A stretch of DNA of 64,000 nt, from the NCBI GenBank assembly GCA_965644295.1, contig CBFFRP010000263.1:523531-587530 (forward strand), given 5' to 3'. Under the pieces are notes generated by a model. The model was given only the letters and a program-made list of their open reading frames with translations, was not told where the DNA came from and ran no database searches. Below, in pieces: positions 34,601 to 45,630 of the stretch (its first letter is position 1; every line of letters begins with the position of its first letter). A program made the translations under genes and the position numbers. Origin of the DNA: Paraphysomonas bandaiensis (Eukaryota; Protista; Chrysophyceae).

Positions 34601-36360
34601 TTCGTTCGGAAGCTGACTCGGGTTATCTTAGACCTGGCACACACATCACACAAACACTGATTTTTGTGTACCTTGGCTGTGAGGTGTTTCCGTTTCAACC
34701 CTGTACCCATGATGAGCATCCTCTTATGTGCCTCCACTAACGCATGTTTGTTGAAGTGACCCGCTCTCCGATGCAGCAACTCCAGCTCGTCCTCACCAGT
34801 CCTATCGCTAAGATTTACTTCACAATTACTCGGTGTAGACACATCTGGAAGCTCCAACAGCTGCTGAGTTGGAACTGCAGTCATTCCATTCTTCATGGGT
34901 CCCTCCAGTACCAGTTCACCAGTATTACAGTCATAAATTTGGATCCCATACCACACCGTGAATCGATAGCCCATTTCGTTCAGCTTACGTCCGGAGCACA
35001 GGCATCGATTGATCTGATCTGAAATTTCTATGTCTCTCCATGCTCCACGGGAACCCACACTTGTGATATGAATCTCTGATCCCTTCTTAGAGCCGTTTAT
35101 CACCTTTGATGTATTCATATGAGTGTCAAGCATGGTCACATCATTCATCAAGAACATTGATGATGAACAGCAGGTGTCAATATATGTATAATGCATGTCA
35201 TCATTTACACTACATATATTCGTTTCATGTATATTGCATGACAATTTCATAACATCCTCGATCATATTTGCTTCATCTTCATCAGAGAAATCTGCTGGTT
35301 CTCCACGCCGTATATTCTCTACTGTCAGCAGCCTTTTGTCCGGCTTCCTACCATGATTCTTCCCTTTCTCTCCTCTTCTAGAATGCTTTTTCTTCGTCGT
35401 TGGACAATCAGCAGCAAGATGTTCCAGAGACTTGCAATTTCTGCATCCCGTGTATTCAGCACTTCCAGGACGCTGCCCTGATATCTCTCCATCCTTCTTC
35501 CTCTGCTTCCTCCTGCACTGTTCAGTTGAATGGCTATGAGAAATTCCTTCTTTCCTGCAATATCTACAGTTGCCCTTCTTACGCTTATCCCGTTCCGTTC
35601 GAGACCGTTTGCTCTTTTCAATGAAGTTCAGCTCCTCCACCTTCTTGCGTTTCCGCTCTAACGCAATCCTTCCAGGAATGGTATCATCATACCGTTCTAT
35701 CTTCCTTGATAATGTTGCATAATCAACATCATCAGGCATCAAATACAAAGCAACATTCAGAGGAGCATATTCTTCATTCAACAGACCTTCTCGTAACCGT
35801 GTTATTTTTGAGAGCTCCGATATGTCCTGCTGCTGCTCCTGTAGCTCTTTCAGCAGTATTTCAAACCGTATTATATAGTCCTTCGCAGTCTCCTCCGGAC
35901 GCATACGGAAAGAGCCATACTGAGTCAACAGCTCACTGATCTTGTTTTGCTTCCCTCCAGCAAAGCACTTCTTCAACTCATCAATCATAATATGCGCCTT
36001 AAACCTGTTGCTTCCCCTTCCATCAGCCTTGAACCCTTTATGTAGAAGATGGAATTTCTGAAGCGCCTTCGAAGATGATTGCACTGCCTCTCTGCAGTAC
36101 GAATACGCTATGGCATTCGCCTTCCAGTACTTCTTCACAGCCTGTCTGTAAGACTTCTCCTCCATTAACGTGAGTGGCTGTTCCCCGAAGTCGCTCTCCT
36201 TCGGTGGTGGCTCCACAGCTACTTCACTTTGCTCTTTCCTCATGAGGAACGTTTCGAAGTCTTCAATCCATTGTTCAACATTGCTCTCATTAAACTGTGG
36301 CACTACTCCTCTATCCTCCTTCTCTCCTCCTCGCTCGCTACCATGTTGAGAAACGCTCAT
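31603..36360 (-). CDS. Copia gag-pol polyprotein (Gag, PR, IN, RT, RNase H), intact
   Basis: Knuckle CRNCKSLEHLAADC; PR-position motif YIDTCCS; IN HRRAGH..CDVC and D-D-E (SADIA, HADGAGE, AIEER); RT YKARLVA, LYGLRSSPRQW, YVDD; RNase H SDSDWAG, KHIDIKYH. Confidence 0.96.
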   Translation of the reverse strand: MSVSQHGSERGGEKEDRGVVPQFNESNVEQWIEDFETFLMRKEQSEVAVEPPPKESDFGEQPLTLMEEKSYRQAVKKYWKANAIAYSYCREAVQSSSKALQKFHLLHKGFKADGRGSNRFKAHIMIDELKKCFAGGKQNKISELLTQYGSFRMRPEETAKDYIIRFEILLKELQEQQQDISELSKITRLREGLLNEEYAPLNVALYLMPDDVDYATLSRKIERYDDTIPGRIALERKRKKVEELNFIEKSKRSRTERDKRKKGNCRYCRKEGISHSHSTEQCRRKQRKKDGEISGQRPGSAEYTGCRNCKSLEHLAADCPTTKKKHSRRGEKGKNHGRKPDKRLLTVENIRRGEPADFSDEDEANMIEDVMKLSCNIHETNICSVNDDMHYTYIDTCCSSSMFLMNDVTMLDTHMNTSKVINGSKKGSEIHITSVGSRGAWRDIEISDQINRCLCSGRKLNEMGYRFTVWYGIQIYDCNTGELVLEGPMKNGMTAVPTQQLLELPDVSTPSNCEVNLSDRTGEDELELLHRRAGHFNKHALVEAHKRMLIMGTGLKRKHLTAKVHKNQCLCDVCARSKITRVSFRTKDENSVRPNFSADIAVYLNCPARGGERYVLKITHHASKMFWATGLVHRTGEAVLEVFKELFRGDVRRYKLKMEHYHADGAGELISEELRQYLRTQECYQHTWSSTDSPEMNAIEERKFRTAGEMTLAMLIQSGLPPQFWLDAYMAARYILIRLPTKTDKGYMSPIEFLTGEPPNLRYLRVWGCRTYVLSPKADRRKDWEDKALVGYLMGYSDEKVGYHVYLPESNKVVTTVHILTDESTPSRSEKYFAEIDALRVREAARPKLASDYVSLEGTYHIDDEDGLLYKTTRVVERKGVIVAYRSLVTAGREHIEHRVPIHVEDVVRMTAETPGNTGYIGKGDALSTTPARELDQGRPGGFQESPDPTCQQTVVRLQTSTDHGSGDASGAPPTPQDLRAQDEQGMGSYISTRRPIELDGDGRVRRKRLQRRLANASVLGEINMVEVPDACTVNFKHAEFQHDDFKIPDSYAEAERSPQYMKWREARKVEKTSLLKRRVLKIVRTPRGVKLVRAKYVHTVKRDLLGNVVKYKARLVALGNLQEKTEEEQSTFAPVVKGITIRLVLAIAFMFHMHVHQLDVSSAFCYADLEEDVYMAPPPDEELPAGWCFQLIKALYGLRSSPRQWNKHIDKFIKSLHFTACILDTCLYMRWSNGQLHLLLIYVDDIIIASADLTYLESVKRRFCETFEMHDLGVCKRFLNIRITRGEDWYMLDQSEYAKNIVKKFSSFMGKSSKNKETPLPTNVQDLLAEQRELTEEQKQWVESFPYRGIIGAVLHLAIHTRPDLAYAVGLLARFSTSPTYATCRLAIHLLKYLRGTVDKGIRFSGSEFDLHVFSDSDWAGDRMTRRSTTGYIVLLCAGALAWQSKLQTTVATSSMESEYMAEYAALQELVWLRGVFKELGLLVAKPTPFFMDSKSAKDLSENPVYHKRSKHIDIKYHWIREHVNGKFPTAKLIHVSTDDMAADIFTKALSTKIFSRHEKTITGVKRSVSNSVEEQQKKRPRRG
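36332..36343 (-). promoter_or_regulatory. Primer-binding site TGGTAGCGAGCG, probably initiator tRNA-Met
   Basis: Lies immediately 3' of the 5' LTR. Its complement ...GCUCGCUACCA implies an A1:U72 acceptor pair, characteristic of eukaryotic initiator tRNA. Confidence 0.7.
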
Positions 36361-37057
36361 TTTACACTAGATCACAGAGAGAATTTGTCGTAAGACTAGA
36401 TAGATTTATTAGTATCGTTTACACGAAGTTGTGATAACCAACACTAACTCATTATAATCCCTGCATAATATCCTACATATGCGAACCTCTCGTTACTGAA
36501 CATATCTTGAACGATCAAACTATTTCAGTTTCTCAATATCATCACAACATTTGTACATCACTATATTTCACTGTATTCTCGTACATTGTCTTGAAGTGAC
36601 ATACTGAATATACTAGAATAAGATCCATATTCTAATAAATTCCCTAGTTGAGCTAGAATGGTAAAACGAGTCAAAGACAATCTCTGTCCACTTATGGACC
36701 TTCTAGTAAATGCCGACACCACATTTGTACCACTTGAGAAACCGAAAATGACCCTTCGTCTAATTTACTAACAACATCATGTAGGCATAAATGCAGCAAG
36801 TAGGACAAACCATTGGACAAAATTGATGCTAGCTGATAAAGCCACACGAACATTTTCACTTTCACCAAAAAACGAAGCAACTTTTTTGGTACAACAAAAT
36901 CCCGTACTTATTCTATGAGAGGGGACAAAAAAACGAAAAAAAAGCTACTTATGGTTATCACTTATGGTTGCCCTAATTACTCATGCAATAGATAGCGATG
37001 TAAACAATACTGTAAGTTCCTAACAACTGCCAAGCACTACCCATCCTATGACTAACT

Positions 37058-37900
37058 TTAAATGAAATCAGTTTGCCAAAGGTCATCTAGAAGAAAGTGA
37101 ACATTCTCTACCGCGATGCCCTTGTTGACATTTCGACTGCACACAAAAGATGTATACATGAGCAGTTGATAACGATAAAAACAAGGTTTCAAAGAACATA
37201 GTCCCACAGAAAGCACACATTCAAAATATATACTAGTTCAAATATATACAACAGCAATTACGAACATGTCATCAGACGACATCGTTGTGAGTCCGATGGC
37301 CAGAGCGTTCTGCTTTCCCTCAGCATAGATAGCCTGCATCAACACAATTGATGTGAGCTATTGTAGGGAAAGGAAATGCGTATGCATACCACGGGTGTAC
37401 CAACAGGAATATCATCAGGTACGTGACCTCCAGGAGACGTGAAGCCCGGGCACATTAAATTAGCTCCGCCTAGCACAAACCGGATAGCGCCTTTATCCAC
37501 TTGCATTCTAGTCATCATTGTGGGATCTATCATTTAGCGATACAATTACTGTAGGAGCATCACGTTTAATGAACATACATTTATGATAAAACTTCAGAGT
37601 AGGAAAAAATGGACTGCCTCTTTGGTTGAAGAAAAGTACTTGTCTATTGACGATTATGAGCTGAATATGATCATGACTGTACATTCACAGGAAGAGAATA
37701 CTATTAATCATTAACATAAATTATAAGGAATTTATTTACCAACGAGCAATAACCATAAGTTTTTTAGGTAATACTTCATCGATCATTGGTTCAAGTAGAG
37801 GGTATTGGCTTATGATATGTGCCTGTATGCTACGCTGAACAGAGTTCCTCACCTGACTGGTTGATGACACATTCTCTTCTACGGAAAATCTCTTAAACAT
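37058..37900 (-). CDS. MCTS1: MCT-1/Tma20 PUA-domain translation factor, multi-exon
   Basis: Exon translations [73 protein letters not shown] and [17 protein letters not shown]. Confidence 0.9.
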
Positions 37901-38383
37901 CAATCTGGACAACTTAACTTCGTAGTATTATTTCAGTGATAATGTGTTTGTGACCCTTCAAAATTACCTTTACCAATACATATGTATGTATATTCATATG
38001 TAAGTATACTCTATTTGACGTATAGTTGATGTTCGTTGAAGTGTCAGTCAAGCAAAACCATGTCCATGCATCTCACGTCATCATGGCATCACTCATAACA
38101 ATGTTGTTCCCTTTTTTCAGTTTTTTATTTTAGTTTGTATTTTCATTTATAGGAATACCAGGAATACATGGAATACCATGGAATACCTATGTATGATAAC
38201 TCAGTGTAATCAGCAGCAGTAGGTATGGTATGTGGATGGAAGAAGTTATATGGTGGAGAGGACGACACGAAAGTGGATTGTGGTATATATGTATTACTAC
38301 TTGGATGGTACGTATATATATATCTCTATGTACATCATATCATTGCAAGATAATTACATAGAATAGCAAACCATATATCTCCT

Positions 38384-40871
38384 ATGTCTCATAATAGCAC
38401 TAGTGAAGATATGTCAGGGAATGGTGCTATTAACAATGCTCTTGCATTGCTGAAAGATCATATAGTGAATCAGTTTGATCTAGATAAGGGCTCATTATAC
38501 TCAACTAATATAACAGATAACACTCGTGGACAACTCAAGATATCCATTGGAGAGGAATCTATTTCAGATGAGGATATAGAGGCCATGCGGGCTAACTTTG
38601 CGGGATATATGGAGTTGTTGAGTGTGAAGTGTCTCTCTAAGAGAAAGGAGATCGTCGTGGATGTTTCTGTGTCTGAGTGTGCAGCTATAGCGAGCAATAG
38701 CTCCCCAGAAGTAGACAGCAAGCCGTCGACAGATGCTGCTGCGAATACTTCCTCATCTGCTGCAGGCGATGATGATGGTACTGTAGTGAATCCCTGGACA
38801 GTTGAGAGTGACGGTGCCATCAATTACGAGAGACTGATAAAGAAATTCGGCTCCCAGGCTATCGACGAGGATCTACTTGCCCGTATTGAAAGAGTAACAG
38901 GTCACAAACCTCACCGCCTACTCCGTCGTGGATTGTTCTTCTCTCATAGAGATCTTCACCAACTCCTAGATATGTATGAAAAGGGCCAGAAGTTTTATTT
39001 ATATACTGGAAGGGGACCCAGCAGTGAAGCCCTGCACCTGGGTCACACCATTCCTTTTCACTTCACGAAGGTACGTTTGCTTACATAATTTATAGGTTAT
39101 ATGTATATCACTGCTTATCTAATGACTTGCCACAGTGGCTCCAGGACGCTTTCAATTGTCCTCTGGTAATTCAGCTTACGGATGATGAGAAATTTCTTTT
39201 CAAACAGGACCTTAAGCTCGAGGAATGTCATAGGTACAAACACGATTAATATGTTATATGTACATCATTTTTGCTTAAAATGTTATATTTGGTAAAGCAC
39301 GGGTTTGTGATTACTTGCTCAGGGGTTTAGAGACTACTTAGTGGTCTATGAAACCAAAATGCACATGCTAAAATTGTATGAAGCCCGTGCACCTACCTAA
39401 CTCTTTCTGTATATGAATTTATGGGTTTATGATTACTTGCTCAGGGGTTTAGAGACTATTTAGTGGTCTATGAAACCAATATGCACATGCTAAAATTGTA
39501 TGAAACCCTTACACCTGCCTAACTCTTTCTGCATATGACTTTATGGGTTTATGATTACTTGCTCAGGGGTTTAGAGACTACTTAGTGGTCTATGAAACCA
39601 ATATGCACATGCTAAAATTGTATGAAACCCTTACACCTGCCTAACTCTTTCTGCATATGACTTTATGGGTTTATGATTACTTGCTCAGGGGTTTAGAGAC
39701 TACTTAGTGGTCTATGAAACCAATATGCACATGCTAAAATTGTATGAAACCTATGTATCTCTTAACACAAACTATTTTCAATTTTGTGTGATGTTGCTTC
39801 GATAACGTTTTGAATGCCAGACTTGCCTACGAAAATGCTAAGGATATAATTGCTTGTGGTTTCGACATGAGCAAGACTTTTATCTTCTCTGATATGGACT
39901 ATATTCAGCACATGTACCCCACTGTTCTTAAGATTCAAAAGATGGTTACATATTCCCAAGCCAAGGGTATATTCGGTTTTACTCAGTCGGATAACATTGG
40001 CAAGAGTTCTTTCCCAGCAGTGCAGGCGAGCCCGGCTTTTTCGAGTGCGTTCCCTATTCCACTCAAGGGCATTCCTAATATGCCCTGTCTAATTCCCTGT
40101 GCGATTGATCAAGATGCGTACTTCCGCATGACACGTGATGTTGCTCCGCGAATGGGCTGCCATAAACCGGCACTGATCCACTGTAAGTTTTTCCCCCCGT
40201 TGCAAGGAAGGGGTGGCAAGATGAGTGGCTCTGTGGGCAACAGTGCAGTTTTCGTGACAGACACTCCGAAGCAGGTAAATCTGATGAAGACATAAGGCTG
40301 TTGTATTACATATGCGTGGATTTTTGTTTCCTCTCAATTACCTTATATGTTTTTACTACATGTCATGCGTATGTATACACCATTGTGATAACGCCTTCAT
40401 GATAATACAGATAAAGACCAAGATTAACAAACACGCATTCAGTGGGGGACAGGAGACAATGGAGCTGCAGGTATATAATCGCACTCTCTGTTCTAGGGTG
40501 TCTGTATGAGATTATATCCTAGTGCATTAATAGAATGTTTGTACGCTGTAGAGGGAGCTAGGTGCAAACCTAGATGTGGATGTCGCTTACGAGTGGCTTA
40601 CGTTTTTCCTCGAAAGCGACGAGCGACTCGCTGAAATCACCCGGGACTATGCATCTGGCGCCATGCTAACCGGCGAGGTGAAGAAGGAACTTATTGGAAT
40701 TCTCACAGTAAGTATTTTAACCACGAACTGTCGTATAAATCATGAAAACGACGTACTCAATATTAACGTTTTGCACTGCAGGAAATGGTTCAAGATCACC
40801 AAACTCGTAGAGCTGCTGTCACAGATGAGATCGTGCAGCAATTCATGGCTGTGAGACCGCTTGAGTTTTAA
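38384..40871 (+). CDS. WARS1: Cytosolic tryptophanyl-tRNA synthetase, 6 exons (~38384-39070, 39136-39232, 39821-40273, 40411-40470, 40552-40707, 40782-40871)
   Basis: Motifs [67 protein letters not shown] and [10 protein letters not shown]; GT-AG introns. Confidence 0.95.
39301..39751. repeat. 122-bp tandem repeat (~3.7 copies) inside TrpRS intron 2
   Basis: GGGTTTRTGATTACTTGCTCAGGGGTTTAGAGAC... units start at 39301, 39423, 39545 and 39667. Confidence 0.95.
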
Positions 40872-42480
40872 CTCTAAGGCGTCTGCAATCGATGTATGAT
40901 AGCTGTGACATGAAACCATTGAATACACACAACGGTTAATAATAACACAGGCGTTAGGTTAAAAAGGCTTGATTACGGTGCACCAAATATTCACTCTATT
41001 ACCAGCCATATCTACCACAATATATATAGCTATGTAAAGCATTTACTTCCACAGTTTCATTGCAACATACTGTGTCTGATCATAGTTATAAACTAACGTA
41101 ATATCATACATCATACAATACCTCAAAATAGGAAAAAGTTACTCGGACCACACAGCCGATATAGTACTGCAAAACAGCCTACTACTAGAGTGCAGTGCCA
41201 GTTGATTAATACTCTATAAACTATAAACTACAAATCCCAATAACTAGTTGGCTAAATTCAAGCGTGAAACTGGTAATAGGCAGGATATTTCTATTATATA
41301 CTCTAACATATTGTCATTTTGCCACAATATAAAATATAAATGGTAATACTTTCATTTTGACACTCACAGTACGCAATACTAATATAAAACATGTTGTTGA
41401 TGACACTGCACATACACTTTTCATACACTTCCCAAAATTTGATATTAAGAGATACCTTTTTCGAACATATGAACAATTTTAGTGTGTGAATTCTTCAAGG
41501 CTATTCTTCAAATAAGTCATTTGTACTAAATCAATATATGTACTGATGCTTTTCTAACAAACTCAAAGGAATGCTGACACGAAAAGTATAATGACTTATC
41601 TACACAGAGCTGTGTAGCATGTAAGTCAAGCAGTGACAGAGCCCAAAACAGTAAGCAAATCGAACAATAAACTAGCATTATTAATATCTAATTGGTACTT
41701 TTAATGTGAACAACGACTGTGTGTATCTCTATGTATCGAGAATCACTGTATTGATAAACATAAATGAACTATAAACTCACTTATACTGTTATGTATGCAT
41801 GTATGACAATAAACGATATAGTGACAACATAAAACTAATTGACTCACATATACAATCGACTTAGAGAGAAAAGTAAGTCAAGTCATATTTTGTCACTTTT
41901 CTGCACTCTCCCGAGATACGATGTATAAACCGTATGATTGAAGTGATTGCTTCAGTCAGCTCGTCACTCTTATCGTGTCGTGTATTGTTCATCTTTTACT
42001 TTTTATGATTAACAGCGAGAGATGAATTAACAGTGTTCATCTTTCGCTGTATCTATAGTTTCAATGCATTGTATCTTCCAGTTGACCTGGAGAAGATATC
42101 TCGATATGGTGGCCTATAATAGTACAGATCTACAGTCTACAGGCAGTACATGTATGGCTGGGAATATGTCTAAAAATTCGCCCTTTTGTCGTGATTTGTG
42201 TAATATGTTGATCAACAAATCCAAAAACCCTAGATTTTGTTCCTTAGATATAACCATCTGCCGTATACACTCTATACACCTTGTATTCTCTGAATTGATG
42301 CAACGGTTTTGCAGCTATATATTTCGAATAGTATTTTTGTATATGTATGTATGTATGTGTTGCTCTGTCCAGCTCCATATATATGTATATGTATATGTAC
42401 GCTCTATCTTATATATGTAGAAGTCAATTCCAGTAACCCTCTCAGTTATATAGAGAATATATTACAGTGAGATATAAAGT

Positions 42481-44017
42481 ATGGGAGCAAAGAAGAAGAA
42501 AGAAAAGAAGAAGGTTGAGGAAGCACCTGTTGAAGAGACCGGTAGATATCTATATATATACGATATTCTCATTGATCATCTGATGAATGTGTAGAATATG
42601 ACGGAATGGATTTGGAAATGCTTCGAGAGGTTGTACCAATGCTCAGACAACAATTGGAGAAGTCAATGCTTGATCGTAACTATGTCCAGCTTGAGAGGGT
42701 ATGTGTCGACTGTAGTGTTAACTATATAAAGTTGTTCTCATTATATGAAAACAGGATTCAATTCAACAATATTTCGATATAACACGGCGTGAGGTCAGAG
42801 AATTGGAATTAGCTGTCTCTGCGAAGGATCGCGAGATGGAGCTTCTAGAGGACAATCATCGAGTTGAGCTGCGAGTGTACCAACAGAAAGTGAAGCATCT
42901 AGAATACGAGCATAGAAATAATATCAAGGGTATTGTGCATGACGGTACAAATCTCTTGGATGCCGAACAGACGATGCATCATAACAGGGAGCGTGAGCTA
43001 TTGCGCGTAAAGGAGCAGTTAAAATTCGAGCAAATGGAAATGGAGCTTGTAAACGCAACCAAAGTAGCGGAGATTCGACAGCAGCACGAGAAGCAGATTG
43101 CTAAACTGCGCCACCAATTTGAAGATGGTTTACATGAATTAAATGTACGCTGCGAAGGCCGCCTCAAGCAGTTGGAAGCGGATTTGGAACTTCGACGTCG
43201 AGTGGAAGTACATGAGGTAGAGGAGCGAAAGAACCAGCATATCAATGATCTAATAAAGAATCACCGCAAAGCATTCGGTCAAATGAAATCGTACTACAAT
43301 GACATCACAGGAGGAAATTTGCAGCTTATTAAGAGTCTTCAGGAACAAGTGGAAGCTCTTAAATCTCGCGCTTCCACGAACAAAAAAATGCTTCAAGAGT
43401 ACACGATAGAGAATCAGAAGCTGTCCGAGCCCTTGGCTAAGGTGTCTGCAGAAATTGCCGAATTGCAGGCACTCCTCAAGGAGCGAGCAAAGGATCAAAT
43501 GGCCTTACGAAATGCCAATTCGCGTCTGACTTCGATTGGGAAGCATACAGCTGAGATGACCAAGAAACAACAGAAACTTGAGGAGGAGTATGCCCGCATG
43601 GAAGCCGAGCGCGATGACTTGTACCACTCCTTCGAGGAGGTCCTAACGCGAATAGAGCGCCAATCAGACTTTCAAAATCAAGCCTTGGATCATCGACTTC
43701 AGGAGGCAGAGTCAGGGGCAGATAGGGCCTCTGCGCAGGTGGAAGAAATCATACGTGCGGCTGACCTGGACGAGAATGAAATTCAGCGTGTGATGGGATC
43801 ACTTGGACAGATGTTAGCTGTCAAAGACGAAGCTTTACAAGACGTTAAATTTCTTGTGGTAAAGCTGAAGAAGCAATTCAATGACTCAATGGATGCCTTC
43901 CGAGTAAAGCTTAAGGACCTTGGAATTCCCGACTCGGATTTTAATGCGATGGGTTTCAGGCATGAGGATCTGCCCGTGGGAAGCACAAATGCTCCTGCTG
44001 GACTTGTTGTGAAATAG
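42481..44017 (+). CDS. GAS8: Dynein regulatory complex subunit 4 (GAS8/trypanin); exons 42481-42541, 42595-42698, 42755-44017
   Basis: Motifs RNYVQLERD, HRVELRVYQQKVKHLEYEH, EVEERKNQHINDL and MKSYYNDIT..NL.LI.SL; C-terminal PAGLV. Confidence 0.92.
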
Positions 44018-44399
44018 AATTGCTGACGTGGTTTCGTAATTGCTGTGATGTCTGCCCTTTATGTAGAACGACGAGAATTATATTGATTCCTTATCCAAAA
44101 TGAGCTGTATCTAACAATGCTAGTACAAAAATATTTCGATTTGACAAGAGCTTGTTCTTTATACTTTATACCGCACGCGATTGTTCTAGACACCACCATC
44201 AATGTAGGTATTTGTGGGTGTAGTTGTGAGAGATAATATAAGTAAGGACATTAATATAAATTAGATGGGTAAGTCAGTATTGAACTGTTAAGTTTGCTGT
44301 TTGTGAGCAAGTGATAGCTTTAGTTTCGAATATATTTGAATTTGAATACAGTAGCTTCTAACTGTATTATGAGAACCAATGATACGATAGTTCCTAACA

Positions 44400-44968
44400 T
44401 GAACGTCTTATTTTTAGTTATTAGCAACATGAGTTTAAAACAGGGCTGCGTATCAATTACTTGCATTTATAGTTGACTACAACCTGCGTCAATTACAATT
44501 AATTTATTTGCAGCCATGGTTTAAGAGTCAGTAGTTAATCTAATATATATCCTACTATTTAACCCTACGAAAGCTGCTTGTGCGTTACCGCAACCACCAA
44601 GGTGCAACCACTTTCGCTCCATCACTCAAAGCAATCGCAGTGAACCAGCGAAATGTTGATATACCTGACATCTGCTGACTTCAGATTTCTTGAGACACAA
44701 TTAAGTGTGGGAGCTGCCCACGGACGTGTAGTCCTTTGGTGTCAAGAGGTGCGATTAATCAGGGTGACACCCTTTGGGGTAGGGGGGCGCGAAGACTAAG
44801 ATAGGGTCAGAGCTATGTAGATGGGAGGCTAGTGTCCGGAGGGAGAGTGGGTAAGTGATGAACGATAAGCAGGCGTAGAATCTCTAGAGTCTTGGGGCGC
44901 CGCTGACTGCAGTGTATTAGTTGGACGTAAATAGAACTGGCGGAGTCGCCTACGTTGGATTTCGAGAG
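44400..44968 (-). mobile_element. Second SINE-like family member (left arm), sharing the LINE 3' tail
   Basis: Tail motif at 44548-44616. The body is unrelated to the 20594 SINE but duplicated at 45125-45441. The outer boundary is approximate. Confidence 0.6.
44441..44518. mobile_element. Small MITE-like insert with CAGGGCTGCGTATCAATTA-type ends; related sequence at ~21330-21372
   Basis: Ends CAGGGCTGCGTATCAATTA ... TAATTTATTTGCAGCCATG. Internal TTGACTACAACCTGCGT also occurs at ~21335, followed by TAATTGATACGCAGCCC. Confidence 0.4.
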
Positions 44969-45124
44969 CGGCAAAGGTGGTGATCACTATTCGGCAAATC
45001 ATTGTAGACCTTCGATGTTACTATATTACTTTAGTTGCTTATAAAATAGAAGCTATAATATACTTATATACTTTGTTCATGTCCTGCACGCTCTGATTAT
45101 TCAACGATGTTGAAATCCCCCACT

Positions 45125-45630
45125 CTCTCGAAATCCAACGTAGGCGACTCCGCCAGTTCTATTTACGTCCAACTAATACACTGCAGTCAGCGGCGCCCCA
45201 AGACTCTAGAGATTCTACGCCTGCTTATCGTTCATCACTTACCCACTCTCCCTCCGGACACAGCCTCCCATCTACATAGTTCTGACCCTATCTTAGTCTT
45301 CGCGCCCCCCTACCCCAAAGGGTGTCACCCTGATTAATCGCACCTCTTGACACCAAAGGACTACACGTCCGTGGGCAGCTCCCACACTTAATTGTGTCTC
45401 AAGAAATCTGAAGTCAGCAGATGTCAGGTATATCAACATTTTGATTGCTCACTGAATTTGCTTTGAGTGATAGAGCAAAGTAGTTGCACAAGCAGCTTTA
45501 GTAACGCTAAATTGTAGTAGGATACTAGATTTAAGAGTTAAGCACTAAGCACTAGTTAGTTAAGTTGCAATGCTATATTATTCCTATTCCTTCCTCTTAA
45601 CGCTTATTGCAAATACGAAGACATTCACTA
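45125..45630 (+). mobile_element. Second SINE-like family member (right arm), inverted relative to the left arm
   Basis: 45125-45441 is the reverse complement of 44651-44968, followed by a degenerate tail (GCACAAGCAGCTT...TAGTAGGATA...TTAACGCTTATTGC...GACATTCA). Confidence 0.6.

Larger units (their letters stand above)
31130..36637 (-). mobile_element. Full-length Ty1/copia LTR retrotransposon, recent insertion
   Basis: 294-bp LTRs at 31130-31423 and 36344-36637 appear identical. 5-bp TSD AATTC (31125-31129 and 36638-36642); PBS TGGTAGCGAGCG; PPT TGAGTGGGAG. Confidence 0.97.
30750..36880 (-). pseudogene. Decayed piggyBac-like DDD transposase split by the copia insertion (pieces ~36880-36638 and 31129-~30750)
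   Basis: Removing the copia and one TSD copy reads WTEIVFDSFYHSSSTREFLNQ*NIKYIGAVHPNRF, similar to the DxxYxS...GxxxxNR region of piggyBac transposases. Stops and frameshifts are present and the boundaries are approximate. Confidence 0.45.
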
